A DNA stretch of 64,000 nt from Gammaproteobacteria bacterium (GCA_965215365.1 CBDCDS010000003.1:1504001-1568000); one strand, 5' to 3'. Positions 42,333 to 51,971 are shown, numbered from the stretch's first letter. Notes: generated from the letters alone by a model not told the origin. Translations and numbers: made by a program.

Positions 42333-44182
42333 ATCGTTCGGAACTCGATCCCGGCGTCTTCCATAAGCAGGGCGGTGTTGGTTTTCAGCTGATCATTATT
42401 TTTGAACAGGTGGTCCAGCGTGATAACAGATTGCGGGTTGACTGCCAGGATCGTTTTGATTGTTGCATCGTCAATGCTTTCCAGCGCAAGGGCGATGACT
42501 GTACCGAAGTCACGTACCAGGAACCAGTTGCCTTTGTCTTCTATTTCGGAAGTCAGGGACAAGCCGGATTTCAGTAATAATTCGTAGAGGACATGTTCAG
42601 TTTCCGCGTCTTCGACCAACGGGGTGATATGGATTTTAAGTTGCTTCTCCAACTCTTTTTCATCACGGATATGCTCGCCGCGCCAGGTCTTTAAGTTGGA
42701 TTTTTGCAGCTTGAAAACTTTGAAGCCGTCTTTGAGGTCATCTTTTTTAATCACCCGACGAATGCGTTCTTTGCCTATGTCGGCGATAGTTTTGTAGCCG
42801 GATTTGTACGCTTCGGACTTTTCATCGCAGGGTTCGGGGATCTGGACGCAGATGAATTTACGATTGCCGCCGTCCTCGGCATTGAGCTTCAGGACAGCAT
42901 CTGCGGTGGCACAGGAGCCAGCGAAGAAATCAAGATAAATTCCATTTTCATTCTGACATAACGACACTATCTTTTTCAACAGCCTCACAGGTTTGGGGTG
43001 ATCAAAAATATTTTTTATATCAGGGAATATCCTGTTTAGTTCGTCACTGGCCTCATCGTTAGTCCCAGCGTCGAGCCAGGTACTTCTTGTGTTGACTCCT
43101 CGATGATTAGCCAAGAATCTCTTTTTTTTAGGTTCTTTGGATTTGCCATCTCTTCCCCACCACACAAGGTCTTGCCTTTCATTTTCGTGATGAGTTTCCA
43201 ACGAACAGCCCCAAACTCTCGGTGAATCTGAATACGTATCGGGATATATTTCCTCTCCTGTATTCGGATTAGTAATGGGGTAATAAAGATTTTCCCTTTC
43301 TGTTTTTGTCCATTTGCTTCTGTAATCACCCTCGGCCCAAAGTCCCTTAGGGTCATTGTCAGGATTTTTATACTGCTTTTTTTGCTGTACACTTAGCTCT
43401 TGGCGGGGCAGTTGATCCGTGACTTTCCCATAAATAAAGATATTGTCATGAGTAAAAGCAAAAGATGGCTTGTTATCCCCACTTGTTTTTTTCCATGCTA
43501 TGCAACCAACGAAATTCTCCTCCCCAAAAATCTCATTCATCACCATCCGCAGATTATGCACCTCATTGTCGTCGATGGAGACGAAAATCAACCCATCTGC
43601 GCGTAGCAGGTTACGCGCCAGGAACAGGCGCGGGTAAATCATGCTGAGCCAGTTGGAGTGGAAATGACCATTTTCCCGGCTGTTTTTACGGAACATACCT
43701 TCACGGGTCATGCGCCCTTGTTCATCCTTGTCGCCAATGCGCTTCAGGTAAGCGTCCTTGCTCTCGGCGAAGCGGTCGGGATAGATGAAATGGTCGTTAC
43801 CGGTATTGTAGGGCGGGTCAATATAAATCATCCTGACTTTGCCGAAATATGACTTCTGCAGGACTTTCAGCACTTCCAAATTTTCGCCCTCAATAAACAA
43901 ATTATTGCTGTCGTCAAAATCCATGGACTCCTCGCGGCAAGGTCTCAGGGTAGCTGTGGTTGGCGACTGCAAGACACGAAACGCATCGGTTTTGCCGGCC
44001 CAGTTCAGGTGGTAGCGCTCATCTTTGAACTCAACCTCGCTGCCCAAGGCAACCCGCAGTTTTTCCCAATCAACTTTCCCCTCGCTGAATGCCTCCGGAA
44101 ATAATTCCCTCAGTCGGGCCAGTTTTTCCTCAGCGATATTAGGCGATTTACCATTCATGGGTTTTTCAGAATTTTCGTTCAA
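42329..44182 (-). CDS. mod: Type III R-M methyltransferase Mod subunit
   Basis: IYIDPPYNTG, HSNWLSMIYPRL, PKPV, DFFAGS; alternative ATG at 44158. Confidence 0.93.
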   Translation of the reverse strand: MNENSEKPMNGKSPNIAEEKLARLRELFPEAFSEGKVDWEKLRVALGSEVEFKDERYHLNWAGKTDAFRVLQSPTTATLRPCREESMDFDDSNNLFIEGENLEVLKVLQKSYFGKVRMIYIDPPYNTGNDHFIYPDRFAESKDAYLKRIGDKDEQGRMTREGMFRKNSRENGHFHSNWLSMIYPRLFLARNLLRADGLIFVSIDDNEVHNLRMVMNEIFGEENFVGCIAWKKTSGDNKPSFAFTHDNIFIYGKVTDQLPRQELSVQQKKQYKNPDNDPKGLWAEGDYRSKWTKTERENLYYPITNPNTGEEIYPDTYSDSPRVWGCSLETHHENERQDLVWWGRDGKSKEPKKKRFLANHRGVNTRSTWLDAGTNDEASDELNRIFPDIKNIFDHPKPVRLLKKIVSLCQNENGIYLDFFAGSCATADAVLKLNAEDGGNRKFICVQIPEPCDEKSEAYKSGYKTIADIGKERIRRVIKKDDLKDGFKVFKLQKSNLKTWRGEHIRDEKELEKQLKIHITPLVEDAETEHVLYELLLKSGLSLTSEIEDKGNWFLVRDFGTVIALALESIDDATIKTILAVNPQSVITLDHLFKNNDQLKTNTALLMEDAGIEFRTI

Positions 44183-44237
44183 ATACCTGCGTGCTAATCA
44201 AGGTTGCAGATTGAGGCATATAGGTTAGAATTTGGTT

Positions 44238-45473
44238 ATGAACGGTTTAACCTATGCGCTCATCATAGCATTGATCGCCGGCTTTTTGCTGCAATGGCGC
44301 CTGAGTGTGCGCCATATACGCCATATCAGGGCGCACCGGGGTGCGGTGCCGGATAACTTTGCGGATAAAATTCCCTTAGAGGCGCACCGCAAGGCGGCTG
44401 ATTATACCTGCGCCAAGACCCGGCTGCGGCTGGTCGAGTTGGTGGTATCGTCACTTATTCTGTTGCTCCTGACCCTGGGCGGCGGCCTGGATTGGATTGA
44501 TTCCGTCGTGCGCGCCTACCCGCTGTCCGGCCTGTGGACGGGAACAATCTTCATCCTGGCCGCGCTGTTAATCACCTCCCTGCTGGACTTGCCGTTGTCC
44601 CTGTACCGTACATTTGGACTGGAACAGCGTTTTGGTTTCAACAAGATGACGCTTGCGCTGTTTGTTTCCGACCTGCTGAAAAATGCGCTGCTGATGCTGG
44701 CCATCGGCACGCCGCTGCTGCTGCTGGTGCTGTGGTTCATGGACAATGCCGGCGCTTGGTGGTGGTTGTACGTGTGGCTGACCTGGCTGGGTTTCAACCT
44801 GGTCATGGTCTGGGCTTATCCTGCGTTCATTGCGCCTTTATTCAATAAATTCAGGCCGTTGCAGAATACCGACCTGGCCGCGCGCATCGGCGCGCTGCTG
44901 CACCGGAACGGCTTTACCAGCAACGGTATCTTTGTTATGGACGGCTCCACCCGCTCCACCCATGGCAACGCCTACTTCACCGGGTTGGGGGCGAATAAAC
45001 GGATCGTCTTTTTCGATACCTTGATCGATGAATTGTCCTACGACGAGATAGAGGCGGTGCTGGCCCACGAACTGGGGCATTTCAAATGCGGCCACGTCAA
45101 AAAACGCCTGTCAATACTGGGGGCAACCTTTCTCGCCGGCTTTGCCGTGCTGGGCATTTTGCTGGAGCAGCCCTGGTTTTATAGCGGTCTGGGCGTCAGT
45201 GAGCCCTCTGCCTACATGGCCCTGACCCTGTTCGTGCTGGTGGCGCCGGCATTTACGTGCTTCCTGCAACCGTTGTTCTCAGTGGTTTCCCGTAAACATG
45301 AATTTGAGGCTGACGATTTCGCCAAAGAACAGGTGCCGGCCGGCAGTCTGATCAACGCCCTGGTGAAACTCTACCGGGAAAATGCCAACACCCTGACCCC
45401 GGACCCGATGTACTCGGCGTTTCACGACTCACACCCGCCGGCACCCATCAGGGTGGCGCACCTGGGGGGTTAG
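44238..45473 (+). CDS. M48 family zinc metallopeptidase (Ste24/CaaX type)
   Basis: Multi-TM, MDGSTRSTHGNAYF, HELGH, EFEAD, SHPP. Confidence 0.92.
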   Translation: MNGLTYALIIALIAGFLLQWRLSVRHIRHIRAHRGAVPDNFADKIPLEAHRKAADYTCAKTRLRLVELVVSSLILLLLTLGGGLDWIDSVVRAYPLSGLWTGTIFILAALLITSLLDLPLSLYRTFGLEQRFGFNKMTLALFVSDLLKNALLMLAIGTPLLLLVLWFMDNAGAWWWLYVWLTWLGFNLVMVWAYPAFIAPLFNKFRPLQNTDLAARIGALLHRNGFTSNGIFVMDGSTRSTHGNAYFTGLGANKRIVFFDTLIDELSYDEIEAVLAHELGHFKCGHVKKRLSILGATFLAGFAVLGILLEQPWFYSGLGVSEPSAYMALTLFVLVAPAFTCFLQPLFSVVSRKHEFEADDFAKEQVPAGSLINALVKLYRENANTLTPDPMYSAFHDSHPPAPIRVAHLGG

Positions 45474-45533
45474 CCCGCAGGCAGAACCAATCCGGCGCGA
45501 GCTTCGCATCACCTGGTGAGAACTGCGGGTTAG
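45470..45533. repeat. Miniature inverted-repeat family B unit
   Basis: TTAG-CCCGCAG...CTGCGGG-TTAG; the left TTAG contains the stop codon of the M48 gene. Confidence 0.7.
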
Positions 45534-45625
45534 GAAAACAGTTTTATCGCCACCATCAGCAATGGCGGCCGGGCGAGGATGGCACCGGCATTGCGACGCT
45601 ATGTCACACATTATTTCACACTACT

Positions 45626-46252
45626 TCATGCGGCCACTTCGCGTCGGCCGGCCAGGGCGTGGGACAGGGTGTGGCTGTCGATGTATTCCAGTTCGCCGCC
45701 TAGGGGCACGCCGTGGGCGATGCGGGTGACGCGGATTGGATGGTTGCGTACCAGGTCGTTGATATAGTGTGCGGTGGCCTCGCCCTCCATGGTCGAGTTG
45801 GTGGCCAGTATCACCTCTTTAACCTCGGCGCTGCCGGCGGCGCCCTCCCGGGCGCCGGCAAGCTGCGCCGCCAGTTTATCCAGGCCCAGTTCCTGCGGGC
45901 CGATGCCATCTAAGGGCGACAGGCGTCCCATCAGCACAAAATACTTACCTTGGTAACCCGCCTCTTCCATGGCAAATACGTCGGCAGGGCTTTCCACAAT
46001 GCACAGCAGGGAGCTATCCCGCTGCTCGCTCAGGCACAAACTGCATATCGGGGTTTCACTGAAATTGCGGCAGCGTTCACAGGCACCGATGTGTGTCATT
46101 GCCTCTGTTAACGCCAGCGCCAGGGCTTTCCCCCCGCCCCGGTCGCGTTGCAACAGGTGATAGCTGATGCGCTGGGCGGACTTCCTGCCGATGCCGGGCA
46201 ACCGGCACAGGGCCTGGATTAGCGCGCTTAGCCTGGCAGGTTCAGACTGCAT
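45626..46252 (-). CDS. recR: Recombination mediator RecR
   Basis: LPGIGRKSAQR, C4 zinc finger, EVILATN.TMEGEATA. Confidence 0.96.
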   Translation of the reverse strand: MQSEPARLSALIQALCRLPGIGRKSAQRISYHLLQRDRGGGKALALALTEAMTHIGACERCRNFSETPICSLCLSEQRDSSLLCIVESPADVFAMEEAGYQGKYFVLMGRLSPLDGIGPQELGLDKLAAQLAGAREGAAGSAEVKEVILATNSTMEGEATAHYINDLVRNHPIRVTRIAHGVPLGGELEYIDSHTLSHALAGRREVAA

Positions 46253-46295
46253 TTCTGAACATGTCAGAAGCAAATAGAAAGAGCGCCGGCGCCAT

Positions 46296-46619
46296 TCAGA
46301 ATGGCAGCTTGAAGCCCGCCGGCAGGCCGAGCGCAGAGGCGGCATCGCTCATCTTGTCCTGCACGGCTTTTTCCACGCGCCGGTTGGCGTCATTCACGGC
46401 TGCGGCGAGCAGGTCTTCCAGCATCTCCTTGTCCCCGGCCAACAGTGTGGGGTCTATGTCAACCCGTTTCACGTCGTGGCCACCGGTCATCACTACCTTC
46501 ACCATGCCGGCGCCGGCTTCGCCCTGCACCTCGACGGTAGCGATCTCTTCCTGCGCCCGTTGCATATTTTCCTGTACCTGCCGGGCTTGCTTCATAATGT
46601 CGCCAAAAGCACTTTTCAT
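46296..46619 (-). CDS. ybaB: YbaB/EbfC nucleoid-associated protein
   Basis: [24 protein letters not shown]; located between dnaX and recR. Confidence 0.93.
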   Translation of the reverse strand: MKSAFGDIMKQARQVQENMQRAQEEIATVEVQGEAGAGMVKVVMTGGHDVKRVDIDPTLLAGDKEMLEDLLAAAVNDANRRVEKAVQDKMSDAASALGLPAGFKLPF

Positions 46620-46639
46620 TCGTTTCTCCGCAGCTGATA

Positions 46640-46792
46640 AGGCCACCTCTAAAACACGAGGTGGCCGTGCAGCATTATGGATATGCTGCTATTTTTAAGC
46701 ATTTAAGTGCTTGAAAATGAAGGAAATAAAAAATCACACTTTTTTCATTTCCGTCTCCAAAAATGCCACGAGGGACATTTTTATGGGCTCCT
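46640..46792. mobile_element. MITE family A, inverted and internally deleted copy
   Basis: Reverse complement of both ends of 1941-2170. Confidence 0.7.
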
Positions 46793-46793
46793 T

Positions 46794-48434
46794 TTATTTG
46801 GTCTCAGAATACCTGATCGAGTCCTCGTCAATGGTTGCGCCAAACGTTTCCATGAACAGTTTAACATCCGGGTTGTTTTCGACTGCGTGCCGGGCGGCTT
46901 GTTTTTTCTCAAGTGCTTCACGGGCTGCAACTTGTGCCGGTGTTTCCTGCGCGGCTTCCTCGGTGGTTAGCGTCAGCGTCAGGTCGCTGCCGAAGTGCGC
47001 ACTGAGCGCAGACTGTAACTTATCCTTCTGATGCGCGCTCAAAATATGTTCCTGCTCCGGGTTCAGGTTCAGGTGTATCCGTTGCCCCCGGCGCTCCCGA
47101 AAGGTGCAATGTAAGGCCAGCTCTCTCGTCAACCCGGTCAAGGCCATACTGTCGATAAACTGACGCCAGTCTTCATTACTGTGCAGTGTCGCCGGCAGGG
47201 CCGAGGCCGCCGCCGGTGCTGAGCGGGCATCGGCAGGCGGTACAACATCATTGTTGCGGGTGTCGGCCGCCGCTGCGGTGACTGTGCCGGACCCCGCCGC
47301 CGCAGAACCAGGGGCAGCCAGCTTTCCCTCATCATGCTGTTGTGGCGTGTTAGCGGTGTCCACGGGCGTGAAAGCCAGCATACGGATCAGGGTCATCTCA
47401 AACGCGGCTCTAGGGTCGGGCGCAAGCGCCAGGTCCCTGCGTCCGTTCAAAGCTATCTGGTAATACAGTTGTACGTCTTCCTTAGTCAGCGTGCGGGCCA
47501 GGCGGCGACCATCTTCGTCAATCAGGTCGGAACCTTCCGGCAATACCTGCGCCACTGCGGTATCATGCAGGAGAGACAGCAGTCCTGCCAACAGCGCGTC
47601 ATAATCAGGCGACAGTTCAGCCATTTTGTTGACGCGCGCCAACATGGACGCGGCATCCCGCTCAACAATATCCGTGAGCAGGGCGCACAACTCCTCGCCG
47701 TCGATGGCACCGAGCATATCTTGCACCTGCATGGCTTCCAAGCGCCCATCACCGAAGGATACAGCCTGATCGAGCAGACTCAAAGCGTCGCGCATGCTGC
47801 CGTCTGCGGCCTGGGCAATCAGGCCGGCGCAGGACGGCTCCGCGGTAACGTTCTCCTCACCCAGAATTTTAAGCAACTGGGTCTCTATCTGCTCAGTACC
47901 CAGGTGTTTAAGGTTGAATTGCAGGCAACGCGACAGGATGGTGACCGGGATACGCTTGGGTTCGGTCGTTGCCAGCAGGAATTTTACGTGAGGTGGCGGT
48001 TCTTCCAGGGTTTTCAATAAAGCATTGAAGCTGTGCTTGGAAAACATGTGCACTTCATCAATGAGATAAACCTTGTATCTGCCCGCAGTCGGCGCATACT
48101 GCACGTTATCCATCAGCTCACGGGTCTCATCCACCTTGGCCCGGGAGGCGGCATCGACCTCGATTAAATCCACAAATCGGCCCTCGTCAATGCCGGTGCA
48201 GGCGCTGCACTGTCCACACGGATCAGAACTGACTCCGGCCTCGCAGTTGAGACACTTCGCCAGGATGCGCGCCAGCGTGGTCTTGCCCACCCCGCGCGTG
48301 CCGGTAAACAGGTAGGCATGGTGTAACCGGTCGGAATCCAGCGCGTTCACCAGCACTTTGAGAACATGGCCTTGTCCGACCATGTCCTTAAACAGACGCG
48401 GCCGCCATTTGCGCGCGAGAACCTGATAGCTCAT
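46794..48434 (-). CDS. dnaX: DNA polymerase III gamma/tau subunit
   Basis: MSYQVLARKWRP, GTRGVGKT, IDEVHM, SRC. Confidence 0.97.
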   Translation of the reverse strand: MSYQVLARKWRPRLFKDMVGQGHVLKVLVNALDSDRLHHAYLFTGTRGVGKTTLARILAKCLNCEAGVSSDPCGQCSACTGIDEGRFVDLIEVDAASRAKVDETRELMDNVQYAPTAGRYKVYLIDEVHMFSKHSFNALLKTLEEPPPHVKFLLATTEPKRIPVTILSRCLQFNLKHLGTEQIETQLLKILGEENVTAEPSCAGLIAQAADGSMRDALSLLDQAVSFGDGRLEAMQVQDMLGAIDGEELCALLTDIVERDAASMLARVNKMAELSPDYDALLAGLLSLLHDTAVAQVLPEGSDLIDEDGRRLARTLTKEDVQLYYQIALNGRRDLALAPDPRAAFEMTLIRMLAFTPVDTANTPQQHDEGKLAAPGSAAAGSGTVTAAAADTRNNDVVPPADARSAPAAASALPATLHSNEDWRQFIDSMALTGLTRELALHCTFRERRGQRIHLNLNPEQEHILSAHQKDKLQSALSAHFGSDLTLTLTTEEAAQETPAQVAAREALEKKQAARHAVENNPDVKLFMETFGATIDEDSIRYSETK

Positions 48435-48523
48435 AGAATTTATTTATATGTTTTAATCTCGATTAACCTGAAAGGCATCTCTGCAAATCAGAGGTTCCTC
48501 AAAGGTGCCTCTAAAAGCGTCCT

Positions 48524-48630
48524 GCACCGTTCTTGGCCCGGCGCCCGCATCCATTGTTACCGCTGCTCCCTTTCGGGCCTGACGGGGTTCACAACTTCGC
48601 GCCGCGGGGAGACCGGCGCAGGCCGCACCG
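48524..48630 (-). ncRNA. ffs: Signal recognition particle 4.5S RNA
   Basis: Minus strand GTCAGGCCCGAAAGGGAGCAGC helix-8 motif within a long hairpin, upstream of dnaX; ends approximate. Confidence 0.88.
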
Positions 48631-48752
48631 TTCATACTAGCATAAATGGCCGCATATCCCTACACTAAGACCAGCTATCCCGAGATGACGCGATGATCTT
48701 TCCCCATAGACACCGGCGAGGCACAAAGGGAGGACGTGACCGGGTTCAATAG

Positions 48753-49013
48753 CGGATCGATGCCGAAGAAAAGATCGAACCTCGAGACTGGATGCCGGAC
48801 GCCTACCGCGATGGCGCTCTGGACAACGGCGTTGACCTGCCGTTCGCCTGCAAGGGCGGAGTCTGCGCCACCTGCAAGGCAAAGCTGCTGGAGGGGGAAG
48901 TGGACATGGATATCAACCACGCCCTGGAAGACGATGAAGTAGCAGCAGGCTACATACTCACCTGCCAGTCGCACCCGGTCAGCGCGCGGGTGGTGGTTGA
49001 TTTTGACCAGTGA
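48753..49013 (+). pseudogene. paaA'/'paaE fusion scar (phenylacetyl-CoA epoxidase operon remnant)
   Basis: RIDAEEKIEPRDWMPDAYR (PaaA N-terminus) in frame with ALDNGVDLPFACKGGVCATC...YILTCQSHP...VVVDFD (PaaE 2Fe-2S C-terminus). Confidence 0.75.
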
Positions 49014-49267
49014 GTCGGGTGCGACGCAGGCAGGGAACCAGCTGCCGGCTAGTCCCCGTGTTTATCATTATATTCAGCTACCTTGATAGCAAAAATAACG
49101 AACGCTGCGATGATCAACGCACCAATTGCAGGTTCCATAGCATCACCTCTTTTTAATTGCGTAAGCCCACAATGCCAAACCAACAAGAAAAACCGATACC
49201 GCGCTGGCAGCAACCACCTCCTGCAGGAACAATCCTAGCAGCCCGGCAATGATCAACGCAAGCGATA

Positions 49268-50399
49268 TGTCCAGGTTCAATACATATGAGACTCAGAGGC
49301 AGGCTGTGTGAGTTGTTGATAATACTCCATTGGGGTTAATAAACCAATACCGTTATGCGGGCGGTAGGTATTGTAGTATTGCTGATACTCTGCCAGTTTG
49401 CGGTTGATGGCGGCCACGGTCAGTGGACCCTCGTAGAACGGATAGAACTCATAGCGGCTGGTGGCGTTGGCGCGTTCTACACAGCCGTTGTATTCGGGTT
49501 TTTTCGGGGGCAGCACGTACAGGGGGATTCCTAAGTCCTGGCAAGCCTGCTCGAACTCATCTCGGAACTCCGAGCCGCCATCGACCTGGATAGAACGGAT
49601 GGGAAACGGCGCCTCACCGAGCAGCGCTTTTAAGAAGCGCCGGGCATTGCCACTGGTGGCCCGACTGTAGGCTCGCAGCGCACTCCATTTGCTCACCGGA
49701 CAGACGGCCTTGAACTCCTTCACCGTGATGCCGTCCGTGAAGCCGACACTCATGTGGTCTATCTGCATCAACTCCCCTGGCGCCTTAGCCTTCATCCCGT
49801 AGCGCCAGCGCTTGGCATGATGGGTAAACGCCCGGCGGCGCTTAGGCTTCACCCGGCCATAGTAAAACGCCACCGGCTTGACCCGACCCAGCCGCACCAG
49901 CTTCGCCACGATGCGCCCGACCGTACTCTCGCTCAAAGTCCAGCCCTGCTCGCGCACCCCCACCCGCCAGAGCTTACGCTTACCCCATAACGGATAACGT
50001 TGGCGAAGGTGCAAGACCTGCTGCTCGTGCTGGCGCGTCCATTGCGGCACACGCCGCCGCCGCGGCGCACGAGAGCCACACCCCAGACCCTTCAGCCCAT
50101 GTTCACGATACCGCTTCAACCAACGGTAGTAGGTCGCCCTCGACCAACCTACTGCTGCCAGTGCCGTCGCCTCACCACACCCATCCTCGCGTAACGTCGC
50201 AACCAATTCCAACTGCTTCAAACGACCGCGCGCGTCAGCATCGGTAGTATCATCGACGCGCCAACTGCGATATGATTTCACCCGCAGGCTTTTGATCTGC
50301 ATCGGGTAGTCCTCCTGTGTCAATTAGTTGAGATTAATTCACACACAGACTACCCGATTTCTTTATCTAAAGAGTCTCACTTGTTTCTGAACCCGGACA
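49268..50399 (-). mobile_element. IS481-like insertion sequence, copy 2 (1132 bp)
   Basis: Near-identical inverted copy of 24595-25726; TSD GCGATA at 49262-49267 and 50400-50405. Confidence 0.9.
49277..50323 (-). CDS. DDE transposase
   Basis: Same protein as 24671..25717 except RPHN versus RPHD. Confidence 0.92.
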   Translation of the reverse strand: MTQEDYPMQIKSLRVKSYRSWRVDDTTDADARGRLKQLELVATLREDGCGEATALAAVGWSRATYYRWLKRYREHGLKGLGCGSRAPRRRRVPQWTRQHEQQVLHLRQRYPLWGKRKLWRVGVREQGWTLSESTVGRIVAKLVRLGRVKPVAFYYGRVKPKRRRAFTHHAKRWRYGMKAKAPGELMQIDHMSVGFTDGITVKEFKAVCPVSKWSALRAYSRATSGNARRFLKALLGEAPFPIRSIQVDGGSEFRDEFEQACQDLGIPLYVLPPKKPEYNGCVERANATSRYEFYPFYEGPLTVAAINRKLAEYQQYYNTYRPHNGIGLLTPMEYYQQLTQPASESHMY

Positions 50400-50495
50400 G
50401 CGATATTTTCCGGGCGTCTTCCAAAAGGAAGTTCCGGTCAGGCTTCCAGATACTGAACAATTTTTTCATTGTTGCGACCTTGCATTCCAGATTTT

Positions 50496-50598
50496 AGGGA
50501 ACCTCTAAAAATACCCTCCGTGGTATTTTGTGATGCGCCCCTTCCCTGGGGCGCCCCCTGTGGACGTCGAAGCCGACGTCCAATAATAGAGGCGCCCT
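50496..50598. mobile_element. MITE family A, short copy
   Basis: AGGGAACCTCTAAAAATACCCTCCGTGGTATTTT...TAGAGGCGCCCT matches the left part of 1941-2170. Confidence 0.7.
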
Positions 50599-50789
50599 TT
50601 ATGCAGCTGAGTTTATCCGTTTCAGGCCGAATGAAAAGCAGAAAATCACCAAAAATGTGACAAAAGTCACATTTCCCGCTCGATTATGAAACCAATCAGC
50701 AAGCTGCTGGAGGAATTTGCCACTCGCAAGCCAACTGAAACCGCCCGACCAGGAATTTCATGCACGCTTTACCGAGGACGACTGGTCAT

Positions 50790-51971
50790 TCACTCATCCT
50801 TTTTCCCGCGAGTCAACTCCCCCAGAAGCGTAGTGAGACTGACGGATAAGACGCCGGGGCTGAGCGTGTTGCCGGCGTTGGTTTGTGGTGTATCGCTATG
50901 GACTAACAGGGCTCGGGTTTGATATCTGTTGATCACGCGCGCCAGCCGGGTCAGGGGTTGGGTCATAGAGGGTTTTGGTGTTTTTGTTGCCTTTGCTTCT
51001 ACCAGTAGTAATGCGCCGGCCTGCTGTGGTATGACGAAATCTACCTCCAGCCCTTGCTGGTCCCGGAAATAGTAGAGCTCTTTCCGTTTGCCTGTGTTTA
51101 CCTGGTGTTTGATAATTTCTGCGGCGACAAATCCTTCAAACAGGGCGCCGTGGAAGGGTGATTTACGGAGTATTGCCATGCTATCGATGCCAAGCAGGTG
51201 GCAAACCAAGCCAGAATCGGTGAAATATATTTTTGGAGATTTTATAAGACGTTTACCGAAATTCTCATAAAATGGCGGGAGAACGATGATCTGGTTGGTC
51301 ATTTCCAGCACATTCAGCCATGAGGAGACTGTAGGCACTGAAACACCCAGCGGCGCAGCCAGATCGGTCTTGTTCAATATGCTGCCGTGACGAAAGGCCA
51401 GCAATGACAGGAAACGCCGGAATGTACTCAGATCCCTGATCGCAGTGATGGCGCGCACATCGCGCTCGAGGTAGGTTTGTATATATGAGCGAAACCAGAG
51501 GTCCGCCCCCGCGGGTTTTTTGATAATGTCAGGGTAGCCGCCGCGCAACAGGCTGACTTTTTCGGTTTCGAGTACAGACAGGGGAAATAACTGCAACACC
51601 GCCACCCGGCCGGCCATGGATTCGGATACCCCCCGCATCAGTGGCGCCTCCTGTGAGCCGGTCAGCAACCACTGCCCTTGCCGTCCCGGCGCAGCATCGA
51701 TACGTGTGCGAATATATCCCAGCAATGCCGGGGTATTCTGTATTTCATCTAAGACTACCGGAGTTTGCAACTCATCAAGAAAACCGCGCGGATCGCTGTT
51801 GACCCGGGCGATAACATCCGGGTCCTCAAGCAAAACGTGATGTGCCTTGGGAAAGGTATGTTTCAACAAAGTGGTCTTCCCGCACTGTCTGGCTCCTGTT
51901 AGCAGGATTGCAGGAAAATTGCGGGCGGCTCTGCGCAGCTCTGAAACAGCGATACGGGGAATATAAGACAT
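50790..51971 (-). CDS. AAA_14 ATPase with DUF4143 domain
   Basis: GARQCGKT, LDEIQ, LTGS, KSPKIYFTDSG, EVDFV..EAK. Confidence 0.9.
   Translation of the reverse strand: MSYIPRIAVSELRRAARNFPAILLTGARQCGKTTLLKHTFPKAHHVLLEDPDVIARVNSDPRGFLDELQTPVVLDEIQNTPALLGYIRTRIDAAPGRQGQWLLTGSQEAPLMRGVSESMAGRVAVLQLFPLSVLETEKVSLLRGGYPDIIKKPAGADLWFRSYIQTYLERDVRAITAIRDLSTFRRFLSLLAFRHGSILNKTDLAAPLGVSVPTVSSWLNVLEMTNQIIVLPPFYENFGKRLIKSPKIYFTDSGLVCHLLGIDSMAILRKSPFHGALFEGFVAAEIIKHQVNTGKRKELYYFRDQQGLEVDFVIPQQAGALLLVEAKATKTPKPSMTQPLTRLARVINRYQTRALLVHSDTPQTNAGNTLSPGVLSVSLTTLLGELTRGKKDE

Larger units (their letters stand above)
49143..50469 (-). pseudogene. Small membrane-protein gene interrupted by IS copy 2
   Basis: Removing the IS and one TSD restores MKKLFSIWKPDRNFLLEDARKISLALIIAGLLGLFLQEVVAASAVSVFLVGLALWAYAIKKR*. 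Confidence 0.6.

Noticed and set aside
24595-50399. Composite transposon formed by the two IS copies
   Set aside because: Each copy has a different self-contained TSD, and the enclosed DNA is mostly core genes.
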